Below are positions 47,729-57,149 of a stretch of DNA of 64,000 nucleotides, piece by piece. The translations under genes and the position numbers were made by a program. The notes below the pieces were generated by a model. The model was not told the origin of the DNA. It worked only from the letters and a program-made list of their open reading frames with translations, and searched no databases. The DNA comes from an uncultured Barnesiella sp. Lineage in GTDB: Bacteria; Bacteroidota; Bacteroidia; Bacteroidales; Barnesiellaceae_A. The stretch lies in assembly GCA_944321085.1 (NCBI GenBank), contig CALUJY010000006.1, positions 103,193 through 167,192 on the forward strand, read 5' to 3'. Within the stretch, counting starts at the first letter, position 1. Every line of letters starts with the position of its first letter.

Positions 47729-49252
47729 ATGCTTGAACAAAAGAAGATAAAGACCGCTCTCGTGTCGGTCTTTCATAAAGATGGATTGGATGAAATAATA
47801 AAATTGTTGCATGCCGATGGAGTGAAGTTCCTCTCTACCGGTGGTACACAGGCGTTTATAGAATCTTTGGGCGTGCCCTGCATGGCAGTGGAAGACCTTA
47901 CGGGTTATCCCTCTATTCTGGGCGGCAGAGTGAAGACGCTGCATCCCAAAGTATTCGGCGGCATTCTGCACCGTCGCGACAACGAGGGCGATGCAAAGCA
48001 GGTGAAAGAATATGAGATACCCTCTATCGACCTTGTGATTGTCGACCTCTATCCTTTTGCCGAAACGGTAGCTTCCGGTGCCGACGAAAGTGCCATCATC
48101 GAGAAAATAGATATAGGCGGCATATCGCTTATCCGTGCAGCTGCCAAGAACTTTGCCGATGTTGCCATCGTAGCATCCAAGGCGCAATACCCTATACTTT
48201 CCGAGATATTGAAGAAAAACGGTGCGGCTACTACCCTCGAAGAGCGTCGCTTGCTGGCGCGTGAGGCTTTTGCCGTTTCTTCGGGTTACGATACGGCTAT
48301 TTTCAACTATTTCGATGCCGACAGCCATTCGGCATTCCGTTGTGCCGCAGATACGCCCAAACACTTGCGTTATGGCGAAAATCCGCATCAGAAAGGCGTC
48401 TTCTACGGTAACTTCGAAGCCCTTTTCGAACAATTACACGGGAAAGAGATTTCGTATAACAACCTGTTGGATATAGACGCTGCCGTGTCGCTGATGGATG
48501 AGTTCGACGAGACGACTTTTGCCGTTCTCAAACACAACAACGCTTGTGGTATCGCATCGCGCGATACGCTGTTGGAAGCATGGCAGGCTGCCCTCGAAGG
48601 CGACCCTGTGTCGGCATTCGGCGGGGTACTTATAGCCAATCGTTGTATCGACGCTGTTACGGCCGCCGAAGTAAACAAGATATTCTTTGAGGTAATTATC
48701 GCTCCGGGTTACGAACCCGAGGCTTTGGAGTTGCTCAAACAAAAGAAAAACCGCATTATCCTTGTGCAGAAAGGCCGCAATACCTCGACGGTGCAATATC
48801 GTTCGCTGCTCGGCGGCGTGTTGGTGCAAGACCGCGACCTGCATCGCGAAACGCCCGAAGAGCTGAGGCAGGTCACAGAAAAATCTGTCGATGAGGAGCG
48901 TATTGCCGACCTGCTTTTTGCCAATAAGATTGTAAAACACAGCAAGTCGAACGCTATCGTGTTGGCAAAAAACAAACAGCTGTGTGCCGGCGGCGTGGGA
49001 CAGACCTCGCGGGTGGATGCCCTCAAACAAGCTATCGAAAAGGCGCATTCTTTCAACTTCGACCTCAACGGTGCAGTGATGGCGTCCGACGCTTTCTTCC
49101 CCTTCCCCGATTGTGTGGAGATTACTTATCGCGCCGGCGTAGATGCTGTGATACAACCCGGCGGCTCTATCCGTGACCAGCAAACCATAGACTTCTGCAA
49201 CGACCACGGTATAGCCATGGTAGTGACAGGAATCCGCCACTTCAAACACTAA
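47729..49252 (+). CDS. purH: Bifunctional AICAR transformylase / IMP cyclohydrolase
   Basis: 507 aa with an MGS-like N-terminal domain (ALVSVFHKDGL) and an AICARFT domain (VLKHNNACG, GGQTSRVDA). Confidence 0.97.
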   Translation: MLEQKKIKTALVSVFHKDGLDEIIKLLHADGVKFLSTGGTQAFIESLGVPCMAVEDLTGYPSILGGRVKTLHPKVFGGILHRRDNEGDAKQVKEYEIPSIDLVIVDLYPFAETVASGADESAIIEKIDIGGISLIRAAAKNFADVAIVASKAQYPILSEILKKNGAATTLEERRLLAREAFAVSSGYDTAIFNYFDADSHSAFRCAADTPKHLRYGENPHQKGVFYGNFEALFEQLHGKEISYNNLLDIDAAVSLMDEFDETTFAVLKHNNACGIASRDTLLEAWQAALEGDPVSAFGGVLIANRCIDAVTAAEVNKIFFEVIIAPGYEPEALELLKQKKNRIILVQKGRNTSTVQYRSLLGGVLVQDRDLHRETPEELRQVTEKSVDEERIADLLFANKIVKHSKSNAIVLAKNKQLCAGGVGQTSRVDALKQAIEKAHSFNFDLNGAVMASDAFFPFPDCVEITYRAGVDAVIQPGGSIRDQQTIDFCNDHGIAMVVTGIRHFKH

Positions 49253-49284
49253 ATTGATATAAACCATTAATACATAATAATAAG

Positions 49285-50304
49285 ATGGCTTTCTTCTCAT
49301 TAACGCAAGAATTAGCAATAGACTTAGGCACGGCCAACACCATCATCATCCACGAGGGTGAGATAGTGGTAGACGAGCCGTCGGTCGTAGCGTTGGAAAA
49401 AAAGACCGATAAACTCATTGCCGTAGGCGAGAAGGCTCGTCAGATGTACGAAAAAACACACCCCGACATTATTACGATACGCCCCTTGCGCGATGGCGTG
49501 ATTGCCGACTTCTATGCTGCCGAACAGATGATTCGCGGCATGGTGAAGATGGTCAATCCCAAACGTCGCTGGTTTACCCCATCGCTCAAAATGGTGGTGT
49601 GCATCCCTTCGGGCAGTACCGAGGTGGAGATTCGTGCCGTGCGCGACTCGTCGGAACACGCCGGCGGTCGTGATGTGTACATGATTTACGAACCTATGGC
49701 TGCCGCAATAGGTATAGGTATCGATGTAGAAGCTCCCGAAGGTAACATGATAGTCGATATAGGTGGCGGTAGCACCGAAATCGCCGTTATCTCTTTGGGT
49801 GGTATCGTTTCTAACAAGTCTATACGTATTGCAGGCGACGACCTCACGGCTGATATACAGGAGTATATGCGTCGCCAGCACAATGTGAAGGTGGGCGAGC
49901 GTACTGCCGAGTTGATAAAAATCAATGTCGGTTCGGCGTTGACCGAGCTGGCCGATCCCCCGGAAGACTATATCGTACATGGTCCTAACCAAATGACCGC
50001 ATTGCCTATGGAGATACCTGTATCGTATCAAGAAGTATCGCACTGCATCGAGAAATCGGTATCGAAGATAGAGGCTGCCGTGCTGAGCGCATTGGAGCAA
50101 ACACCTCCTGAGCTGTATGCCGACCTTGTACGCAACGGTATATACCTTGCCGGCGGTGGCGCACTTCTGCGAGGTCTCGATAAACGTCTCACCGACAAGA
50201 TTGGTATTACTTTCCATATCGCCGACGACCCCCTGCATGCTGTTGCAAAAGGTACGGGCGTAGCGTTGAAGAACGTAGACAAGTTTAATTTCCTCATCCG
50301 TTGA
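49285..50304 (+). CDS. mreB: Rod shape-determining protein MreB
   Basis: 339 aa with actin-fold motifs (AIDLGTANT, DIGGGSTEIAVIS, LAGGGALLRGLD). Confidence 0.97.
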   Translation: MAFFSLTQELAIDLGTANTIIIHEGEIVVDEPSVVALEKKTDKLIAVGEKARQMYEKTHPDIITIRPLRDGVIADFYAAEQMIRGMVKMVNPKRRWFTPSLKMVVCIPSGSTEVEIRAVRDSSEHAGGRDVYMIYEPMAAAIGIGIDVEAPEGNMIVDIGGGSTEIAVISLGGIVSNKSIRIAGDDLTADIQEYMRRQHNVKVGERTAELIKINVGSALTELADPPEDYIVHGPNQMTALPMEIPVSYQEVSHCIEKSVSKIEAAVLSALEQTPPELYADLVRNGIYLAGGGALLRGLDKRLTDKIGITFHIADDPLHAVAKGTGVALKNVDKFNFLIR

Positions 50305-50434
50305 TGCCATTCTTACGGATAGAGGATGATTTTCTCAAATAGTACTTTCGCGAGTTGCATACCCTTCTTTATGGGTATGTAACTCGTTGCGGTACAAAGT
50401 AGTAATAACTCCGATAACAAAAGGGTGCCTCAGA

Positions 50435-51280
50435 ATGCGCAATTTATTAGACTTCCTTATAAAGCATCACGCATGGATTTTCTTTATCGTCTATGTGGCC
50501 ATTGCTTGCATTCTGTTGTTTTACTCCAATCCTTATCAACAGAGCATCTATTTCGGTTCGGCCAATGAGGTGTCGGCCAAGGTGTACGAAACCACCGATA
50601 AAATAACTGGCTACTTCGGCTTGCGTGAAGCCAATCGTGTCTTGTCGCAGCGCAATGGTGAGCTCGAAATGGAGGTGTTGCAATTACGCCGCCGCTTGCA
50701 GAAGTATAGTTACGAGTTGGCGATGGATACTCTTACGGCAGCCGATTCGGTATTGTGTCCGTATAGTTTCGTGGTGGCGCAAGTCATCAACAACAGTGTG
50801 TCGCGTCTCAACAACTACATTACGCTCGACAAGGGAACGGCCGACGGCGTTTGCCCCGAAATGGGCGTTGTGGGGCTGAATGGCGTAGTAGGTATTGTGA
50901 CCGTTGCCAATGAGCACAACGCCGTAGCCATCTCGGTACTCAATCCCAAACTACGGCTCAGTTGCAAGGTGAAAGGAACCGACTGCTTCGGTTCGTTGGT
51001 ATGGGACGGGCGCGACTCCCGTTATGCCGTGTTGGAGGAGATGCCCCGCCACGTAGAGTTCGAGCCCGGCGACACCATTGTTACCAGCGGTTATTCGGCC
51101 GTCTTTCCAGAGGGGATAATGGTGGGTACGATATATGCCTATTCCAAGCAGAAAGACGATAATTTCTATGCCATGCAAGTGGCACTCTCTACCGATTTCA
51201 GCCGCTTAGGTGTGGTGCGGGTCATCCATAATGCCGAGCAGGCCGGTCGCAGGCAATTAGAAAAGGAGGCAAGCCGATGA
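50435..51280 (+). CDS. mreC: Rod shape-determining protein MreC
   Basis: The track start 50387 is a TTG, so I trimmed it to the ATG at 50435 (MRNLLDFLIKHHAW). It has a TM helix, a coiled coil and a beta-barrel domain, and it follows mreB. Confidence 0.88.
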   Translation: MRNLLDFLIKHHAWIFFIVYVAIACILLFYSNPYQQSIYFGSANEVSAKVYETTDKITGYFGLREANRVLSQRNGELEMEVLQLRRRLQKYSYELAMDTLTAADSVLCPYSFVVAQVINNSVSRLNNYITLDKGTADGVCPEMGVVGLNGVVGIVTVANEHNAVAISVLNPKLRLSCKVKGTDCFGSLVWDGRDSRYAVLEEMPRHVEFEPGDTIVTSGYSAVFPEGIMVGTIYAYSKQKDDNFYAMQVALSTDFSRLGVVRVIHNAEQAGRRQLEKEASR

Positions 51281-51798
51281 ATGCAAGTTTTATACGTTTT
51301 TTCTTCCTCTCGCTGTTGATGGTTCTTTTGCAGGTGGTGGTATTCAACCACATCCACCTCTTCGGCATAGCCATTCCGTTGGTATTTATATATGTCATTA
51401 TGAAGTTGCCGCTGTCATTGTCGACGGTATGGGTACTTACGGTGTCGTTTTTACTCGGGCTTGCCGTAGATATTTTCAGCAATACGCCCGGAATGAATGC
51501 GTTGGCATGTACCATCTTGGCCTTTGTGCGGCGGCCGGTGTTGTCGTTATATCTTCAACATGGCAGCGATTATGTAGCCGATGAACCTTCTATGCGAAGT
51601 TTCGGTATGGGGCTGTTTGTGCGTTATGCACTCTCGTTGACGCTCATTTATTGCCTCTTGTTGTTTGTGATAGAGTCGTTCTTCATGTTCGATGCCCTAT
51701 ACTTGGTATTGCGTGTTGTGTGCAGCACGCTACTTACGTTTATTCTCATCTTGTGTTTCGATAGTTTGAGCCCCGGTCGTCGTGAGAAAAGATTATAA
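51277..51798 (+). CDS. mreD: Rod shape-determining protein MreD
   Basis: 173 aa and polytopic. It overlaps mreC by 4 nt (ATGA) and sits in the conserved operon position. Confidence 0.8.
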   Translation: MNASFIRFFFLSLLMVLLQVVVFNHIHLFGIAIPLVFIYVIMKLPLSLSTVWVLTVSFLLGLAVDIFSNTPGMNALACTILAFVRRPVLSLYLQHGSDYVADEPSMRSFGMGLFVRYALSLTLIYCLLLFVIESFFMFDALYLVLRVVCSTLLTFILILCFDSLSPGRREKRL

Positions 51799-53644
51799 TC
51801 TCGAAAAGCGTAAATTTGTCATTGCCGGAGCATTGCTTGTAGTGATGCTTATCTATGTCATACGCCTCTTTTCGTTACAAGTGGGCGATAACGACTACAA
51901 GAAGTTTGCCGACAACAATGCTTTCCTGCGTAAGATGCTTTACCCTTCGCGCGGATTTATCTATGACCGCAACGGTCAGCTGATGGTTTACAACCAACCG
52001 GCCTACGATGTGATGATGACGCCTCGCGAGGTGTTGCCTTTCGACACGCTTGATTTTTGTGAGACCTTGGGTATCACGCGCGAGCAGTATGATAGGCGTA
52101 TTGCCGATATGAAAGACCGTCGGAAAAATCCCGGTTACTCGTCTTATACGCCGCAGATATTCATGACGCAGCTATCGGCACGCGATTACGGCCGTTTGCA
52201 GGAGAAACTTTACCGTTTTCCCGGCTTCTATATTCAAAACCGCGTTTTGCGTCAGTACAGTATGCCTATTGCGGCCAATGTTTTGGGTAATATTCGGGAG
52301 GTATCGGTGGCCGATATGGAGCGCGACGATTACTACCAACGGGGCGACTATACCGGCGACTTGGGGGTAGAGAAGTCTTACGAAAAGGTGTTGCGTGGGG
52401 TCAAAGGCGAGGAGATACTCTTGCGGGATGCCCACGGACGCATCAAGGGTAAGTATGAAGATGGCAAGTACGATATTCCTCCCGTTTCGGGTTCCAATCT
52501 CACCCTTTCGCTTGATGCCGAGTTGCAGGCTTATGGCGAAAAGCTGATGCAGAATAAGATAGGAGCCATTGTAGCGATAGAGCCTGCCACGGGCGAGATT
52601 TTGGCATTGGTATCAAGTCCCACATACGACCCGTCGCTGCTCGTCGGACGCGAACGTGGCGCCAACTATGCAGCTCTTGTACAAGACCCGTATAAGCCGT
52701 TATATGACCGTGCCATTATGGGTATGTACCCTCCGGGTTCTACATTCAAACCTACGCAAGGGCTTATCTTGTTGCAAGAGGGGGTAGTGACAACCGAGAC
52801 GTCATATCCTTGTTCGCATGGGTTTATAGCCGGCGGTTTGCGGGTGGGCTGTCATGGCCATGCGTCGCCGATACCGCTGATACCGGCATTGGCTACCTCT
52901 TGCAATGCCTATTTCTGTCATGGATTGAGGGCGATGATCGACAGTCGCCGACGTTATCCCTCGGCAGCCGAAGCCTTCGAGGTGTGGAAACGTCACCTCG
53001 TCTCTATGGGATACGGTTACCGCTTGGGTATCGACTTGCCCGGAGAGAAACGCGGCTTTTTACCCAATAGCGCCTATTACGACAAATATTACGGCCGTAA
53101 CCGTTGGAGTGCGCTTACCATCATCTCCATAGCCATAGGGCAGGGTGAGGTATTGGCTACTCCGGTACAGATAGCCAACCTTGCGGCAACCATAGCTAAC
53201 AGAGGACACTATTTCGTGCCGCATGTTGTCAAAGCGATAGAAGATAGCGTCATCTCGTCCGAATACACTGTGCCACACTATCCTACCATCGATGCACATT
53301 ATTACGACTACATTGTCGAAGGTATGCGTATGGCGGTTACCGGCGGTACATGTCGGTTGGCGGCAATACCGGGGGTGGAGGTGTGCGGAAAGACGGGAAC
53401 GGCGCAGAACCCGCATGGTAAAGACCACTCGGCCTTTATGGGTTTTGCTCCTATGGACAATCCGCAGATAGCCATTGCAGTGTATGTCGAGAATGCCGGT
53501 TTCGGTGCCACCTATGGCGTGCCCATAGGCAGCCTTATGATGGAGTTTTACCTTAACCGCAAGATAGACCCCTCGCGACAGTATCTCGAAGATAGAATGT
53601 TGAACTCAAATACCATTATATACAGTGGCGTCAAGAAACATTAA
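51782..53644 (+). CDS. mrdA: Penicillin-binding protein 2 (elongasome transpeptidase)
   Basis: 620 aa with a GTG start that overlaps mreD by 17 nt. The transpeptidase motifs are STFK (PPGSTFKP), SCN and KTGT. Confidence 0.93.
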   Translation: MRKDYNLEKRKFVIAGALLVVMLIYVIRLFSLQVGDNDYKKFADNNAFLRKMLYPSRGFIYDRNGQLMVYNQPAYDVMMTPREVLPFDTLDFCETLGITREQYDRRIADMKDRRKNPGYSSYTPQIFMTQLSARDYGRLQEKLYRFPGFYIQNRVLRQYSMPIAANVLGNIREVSVADMERDDYYQRGDYTGDLGVEKSYEKVLRGVKGEEILLRDAHGRIKGKYEDGKYDIPPVSGSNLTLSLDAELQAYGEKLMQNKIGAIVAIEPATGEILALVSSPTYDPSLLVGRERGANYAALVQDPYKPLYDRAIMGMYPPGSTFKPTQGLILLQEGVVTTETSYPCSHGFIAGGLRVGCHGHASPIPLIPALATSCNAYFCHGLRAMIDSRRRYPSAAEAFEVWKRHLVSMGYGYRLGIDLPGEKRGFLPNSAYYDKYYGRNRWSALTIISIAIGQGEVLATPVQIANLAATIANRGHYFVPHVVKAIEDSVISSEYTVPHYPTIDAHYYDYIVEGMRMAVTGGTCRLAAIPGVEVCGKTGTAQNPHGKDHSAFMGFAPMDNPQIAIAVYVENAGFGATYGVPIGSLMMEFYLNRKIDPSRQYLEDRMLNSNTIIYSGVKKH

Positions 53645-55076
53645 TGTATGGAAGTCGGTCGATAAGGTGACGATTGTCATTTATTTGATTCTCGTCCTCT
53701 TTGGTTGGATAAGTATCTATGCAGCGGGATACAACTTCGACCAAGCGAGCATCTTCGATTTTACCGAGCGTTCGGGCAAGCAACTGCTGTGGATTGGGCT
53801 TTCGTTTCTGATTGCTGCCGTGATTCTCTCCATCGACACGCGGGTCTATGAGATATATGCCTATCCTATATATATCGGTCTTATTTTGCTATTGGTGGTG
53901 ACTATTTTTGTCGCGCCCGATATCAAAGGATCGCATTCGTGGCTTGTGTTGGGACCTGTGAGCTTGCAGCCCGCCGAGTTTGCCAAGTTTGCCACGGCAC
54001 TTGCCCTTGCCAAACTTTTCAACAGTTATAATTTCAAGTTTACCCGCCCGCTCAACTTTTTCAAGGTGGTAATGCTTATCGTATTGCCTATGTTACTCAT
54101 TGTGATGCAGAAAGAGACCGGGTCGGCATTGGTATATATGTCGCTTGTGCTCATGATGTATCGCGAGGGTATGACGGGGTTGGTGCTTTTCGGCGGACTG
54201 TGCGCCATTCTCTATTTTGTCGTCGGCATCAAGTATGGCGATGTGTTATGGTGCGGAGCTCCTTTGGGTGAGATATGGGTGCTGGGTATTATCTGTGTCG
54301 TGATGGTCGGCATGGTGTGGTTTTTTGCCGATAATAAGGCTATAGCACGGAATTTGTCTATCGGTTATATGATTGTTGCTGTGGTTGTTGCCATTCTGCA
54401 ATGGGTCGGTGTGGAGTTGCCTATGCTCTACGTTTTTCTGGGAGTTGTAGCGTTGTCGTTGCTCTACTTGCTGGTGATGTTCTTTTTGACATTTGCCCCT
54501 CGTCTGCTTGCGGTAGCGGCCATAGCGCTTGCCTCGGTGGGCTTTCTTTTCTCGTGTAATTATGTCTTTAACGATGTACTGAAACCGCACCAACAGATGC
54601 GTATTAAGGTGTTGCTGGGTATGGAAGAGGATTTGCGAGGCGCCGGATATAATGTCAACCAATCTAAGATAGCGATCGGGTCGGGTGGCTTCTGGGGAAA
54701 AGGTTTCCTGAACGGTACGCAGACGAAGCTCAATTATGTGCCGGAGCAAGATACCGATTTCATCTTCTGTACCATCGGCGAAGAAGAGGGATTTTGGGGG
54801 TCGTGCTTGGTGTTAGGATTGTTTACCGCTCTTATTTTGCGCATCATGGTTATTGCCGAGCGTCAACCGCGTCCGTTTGGCAGAGTGTATGCTTATTGCG
54901 TGCTATCTATTTTCTTCTTCCACCTGCTTGTCAATATAGGCATGGTCATAGGATTGTGCCCTGTGATAGGTATCCCGTTGCCGTTTTTCAGTTACGGAGG
55001 TTCGTCGTTATGGGGTTTCACGATACTGCTTTTCATTATGTTGCGTATCGATGCCTCGCGCTCCGAGCACTTCTGA
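53625..55076 (+). CDS. rodA: Rod shape-determining protein RodA (SEDS family)
   Basis: 483 aa with about 10 TM helices and the conserved motifs EFAKF, TDFIF and PLPFFSYGGSS. The GTG start overlaps the mrdA stop. Confidence 0.93.
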   Translation: MASRNINVWKSVDKVTIVIYLILVLFGWISIYAAGYNFDQASIFDFTERSGKQLLWIGLSFLIAAVILSIDTRVYEIYAYPIYIGLILLLVVTIFVAPDIKGSHSWLVLGPVSLQPAEFAKFATALALAKLFNSYNFKFTRPLNFFKVVMLIVLPMLLIVMQKETGSALVYMSLVLMMYREGMTGLVLFGGLCAILYFVVGIKYGDVLWCGAPLGEIWVLGIICVVMVGMVWFFADNKAIARNLSIGYMIVAVVVAILQWVGVELPMLYVFLGVVALSLLYLLVMFFLTFAPRLLAVAAIALASVGFLFSCNYVFNDVLKPHQQMRIKVLLGMEEDLRGAGYNVNQSKIAIGSGGFWGKGFLNGTQTKLNYVPEQDTDFIFCTIGEEEGFWGSCLVLGLFTALILRIMVIAERQPRPFGRVYAYCVLSIFFFHLLVNIGMVIGLCPVIGIPLPFFSYGGSSLWGFTILLFIMLRIDASRSEHF

Positions 55077-55122
55077 TGCACGGTAGCGGCAGGGGTATGG
55101 CTCTATTCCATGGGTAGCGACG

Positions 55123-55494
55123 TTACTTTTTCTCTGGTTTGTCTCTCTTTTCTTGCTCTTCCTTCTCCATCACGTGGGGAATGAGAAATGCCGTGTAGAC
55201 TTGCAGCGCTACCGATATGGTGAAGATGACTACCCAATCGGTGCCACCCTTGAACATCAGATACGAAGCAAACAGCAGCATGAGCGTGCCGAACAATTCT
55301 ATGAGCACGAGCCTGCGTAATCGTATGTTCTTGCCTCTGTATGGGGTGATAAGCCGTACAATGGACATCCCGGCCGCTCCTATCGCGAAGATATAGGGAG
55401 TCCACGTTGCCGTTACGAAAAGCGGAAGAATGGCGCCTACCAGCACAAGCAGCGCCGAAGTCTTGAAAATAATATCTTTGATAGTCTCTTTCAT
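55123..55494 (-). CDS. Small 4-TM membrane protein, unknown function
   Basis: 123 aa with four hydrophobic segments and a lysine/glutamate-rich tail. It starts 4 nt downstream of the FtsB-like gene, so the two are probably one operon. Confidence 0.55.
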   Translation of the reverse strand: MKETIKDIIFKTSALLVLVGAILPLFVTATWTPYIFAIGAAGMSIVRLITPYRGKNIRLRRLVLIELFGTLMLLFASYLMFKGGTDWVVIFTISVALQVYTAFLIPHVMEKEEQEKRDKPEKK

Positions 55495-55497
55495 ATT

Positions 55498-55839
55498 TTA
55501 TTGTGCCATCTCTTTTGTCGCTGTTGTATCAATAACAACGCGGAACACATCTTCGTGTTCTCTTTGCATGTTATATTTTTCGCGAGCTATGCGTTCTATG
55601 GTTTGGGGGTTGTTTTCTATCTCTTGCAGCTTGTTCTGATATTCTTGTATTTGCGCCTTCTCTTTGGCGATGCTGCTTTGCAACGAACGGATGCGGCGGT
55701 CGTTTTTATATATCTCTATGTAGCTGTGGTCTATAAAAAAAAGATGTGCCACCGTAAATCCTATGATGAGAAGCAACGAAATATGTGTAAACACATATTT
55801 TTTTATGAAACCCGCTATGTTCGACAGAAATTTTTTCAT
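55498..55839 (-). CDS. Septum formation initiator (FtsB/DivIC-like) protein
   Basis: One TM helix and a coiled coil, plus the conserved tail IERIAREKYNMQREHEDVF. The start was moved to the ATG at 55839, because the upstream ATG (55854) lies within 3 nt of the TACCTTTG -7 box. Confidence 0.8.
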   Translation of the reverse strand: MKKFLSNIAGFIKKYVFTHISLLLIIGFTVAHLFFIDHSYIEIYKNDRRIRSLQSSIAKEKAQIQEYQNKLQEIENNPQTIERIAREKYNMQREHEDVFRVVIDTTATKEMAQ

Positions 55840-55856
55840 AACCGCTATGCTCATTG

Positions 55857-55864
55857 CAAAGGTA
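55857..55864 (-). promoter_or_regulatory. -7 box TACCTTTG upstream of the FtsB-like gene
   Basis: Exact match on the minus strand. Confidence 0.45.
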
Positions 55865-56069
55865 GGTAAAATTTCTCATATCATCCTTTGTCGGCCGTAA
55901 TTATCGGGTTTGTTGTAAAAAAGGCCGTATCGGAATTTTTTCGATACAGCCTCATTATGTAAGCATACATCAGGCATAAGGGAAAGCCTTTCGCGGCAAG
56001 CAATCTGTCGGAGGTCTGTATGGTTACGACAGTTCTATGTCGTTCTCCCGTTTAAGCCTGTCGGACAGG

Positions 56070-56771
56070 TTATTCTGCTGCGTTGCGCTGAGTTATGATA
56101 CCTTCGAGGAAATCGGCTACTTTTTGCAGGCTCTCGGTCTCTTTCCACTTGATTTTGTTTTCCTTCAAAAATGCGTTGAATGCTTTGCGTTCTTCTTTGG
56201 TGAGGATGCCGTTTACACCTCTTTTGGTAGCTTGGCAAATATCGTCATCGGTCACAATGGTGTATCGTTCGATGGTAGGCAGCGTGCTGCTGTTATAGCG
56301 GTCGGCTTTCGTTTCGTTATATTTGCGTGCGGCAATATTGCCGTAGTCGTCGAAGGCTGCCACGTTTTGGGTCGCCGAAACCGATGTCCCCATGCCGTAT
56401 GCGCCGCTGCCTTTGTTCATGGAGCTGAAATCGGCCTCGCAGGTACGTCCTACCAATACGTGCGGGGTAGCATAGAGGCGTTCTACATAATATTTCCCTT
56501 TGTGTTCGAGTACGATGTTGTTGTCGCACACCACCGAGTCGATATATAGTGCATTGCTTGCGGCCTTGATGTCTTCGCCATCGATAAAGTGCAGGGTGTT
56601 GTTAAACAGGTGGATGTTTATGTTGGCGTGTGCCGGTGCGCTGTTGCGGTAATAGACGGTGGCCGGCTCGAAGTCGTCGTAGAGGTAAGGCCATCCTTCG
56701 GTGGGTTCGTAATCGGCGGCAAAGCCTGCTGTGGTTACGCACAATAGTGTTACAATGGTAAGTGCTCTCAT
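56070..56771 (-). CDS. Hypothetical secreted protein
   Basis: The 341-aa track ORF was trimmed to the ATG at 56771, which gives a clean signal peptide (MRALTIVTLLCVTTAGFAADY). The upstream 108 codons are low-complexity read-through of the intergenic region. Confidence 0.65.
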   Translation of the reverse strand: MRALTIVTLLCVTTAGFAADYEPTEGWPYLYDDFEPATVYYRNSAPAHANINIHLFNNTLHFIDGEDIKAASNALYIDSVVCDNNIVLEHKGKYYVERLYATPHVLVGRTCEADFSSMNKGSGAYGMGTSVSATQNVAAFDDYGNIAARKYNETKADRYNSSTLPTIERYTIVTDDDICQATKRGVNGILTKEERKAFNAFLKENKIKWKETESLQKVADFLEGIITQRNAAE

Positions 56772-57053
56772 CTCTTCTTTTTTTGTAAGGTTTATATAGT
56801 TGCATTTTCTATCGCCACGAAAATAGTGAATTTTTTTATTTCTTCGTTGTTTCCGTTGTTTTTTCTCTTTTGTTGCCCGTGTTGCTTGCGTTTTGTAGGA
56901 TATGGCTCTAATTCTTGAATAAGATAATATATTTATCGAAAAACAGTAATTTTTTATTGAAAACGCTTGCGCGTGTCGCAAAAAGTTCGCACCTTTGCCC
57001 TGTCCGAAAGCCTGCGTCTGAGGCTGTCGGACATAAGCGATAAATGATATTAT

Positions 57054-57106
57054 GATAGCACAAAGAGAGGCGCGAAAGATTGTTTTTGCTGACAATTTGT
57101 GCTATC
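57054..57106. repeat. 11-bp perfect inverted repeat (GATAGCACAAA / TTTGTGCTATC) overlapping the putative M16 peptidase promoter
   Basis: The arms are at 57054-57064 and 57096-57106, separated by a 31-nt spacer. The right arm overlaps a near-consensus -7 box (TATCTTTA, 57103-57110). Confidence 0.7.
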
Positions 57107-57149
57107 TTTACCGAACAAAACTTAACCTTATTTTAAACTATCAAACAAG

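Noticed and set aside
49284-49287. My hand count of the displayed sequence puts the mreB ATG at 49284, whereas the ORF track gives 49285. Stop codons on both sides agree with the track.
   Set aside because: This is most likely my own counting slip within a line. I kept the track coordinates, and the discrepancy is the reason for the 1-2 nt tolerance on hand-placed non-CDS features.
56772-57095. N-terminal 108 codons of the 341-aa track ORF 56070-57095.
   Set aside because: This stretch is lysine/arginine-rich and low-complexity and spans the promoter region shared with the divergent M16 gene. The internal ATG at 56771 gives a canonical signal peptide.
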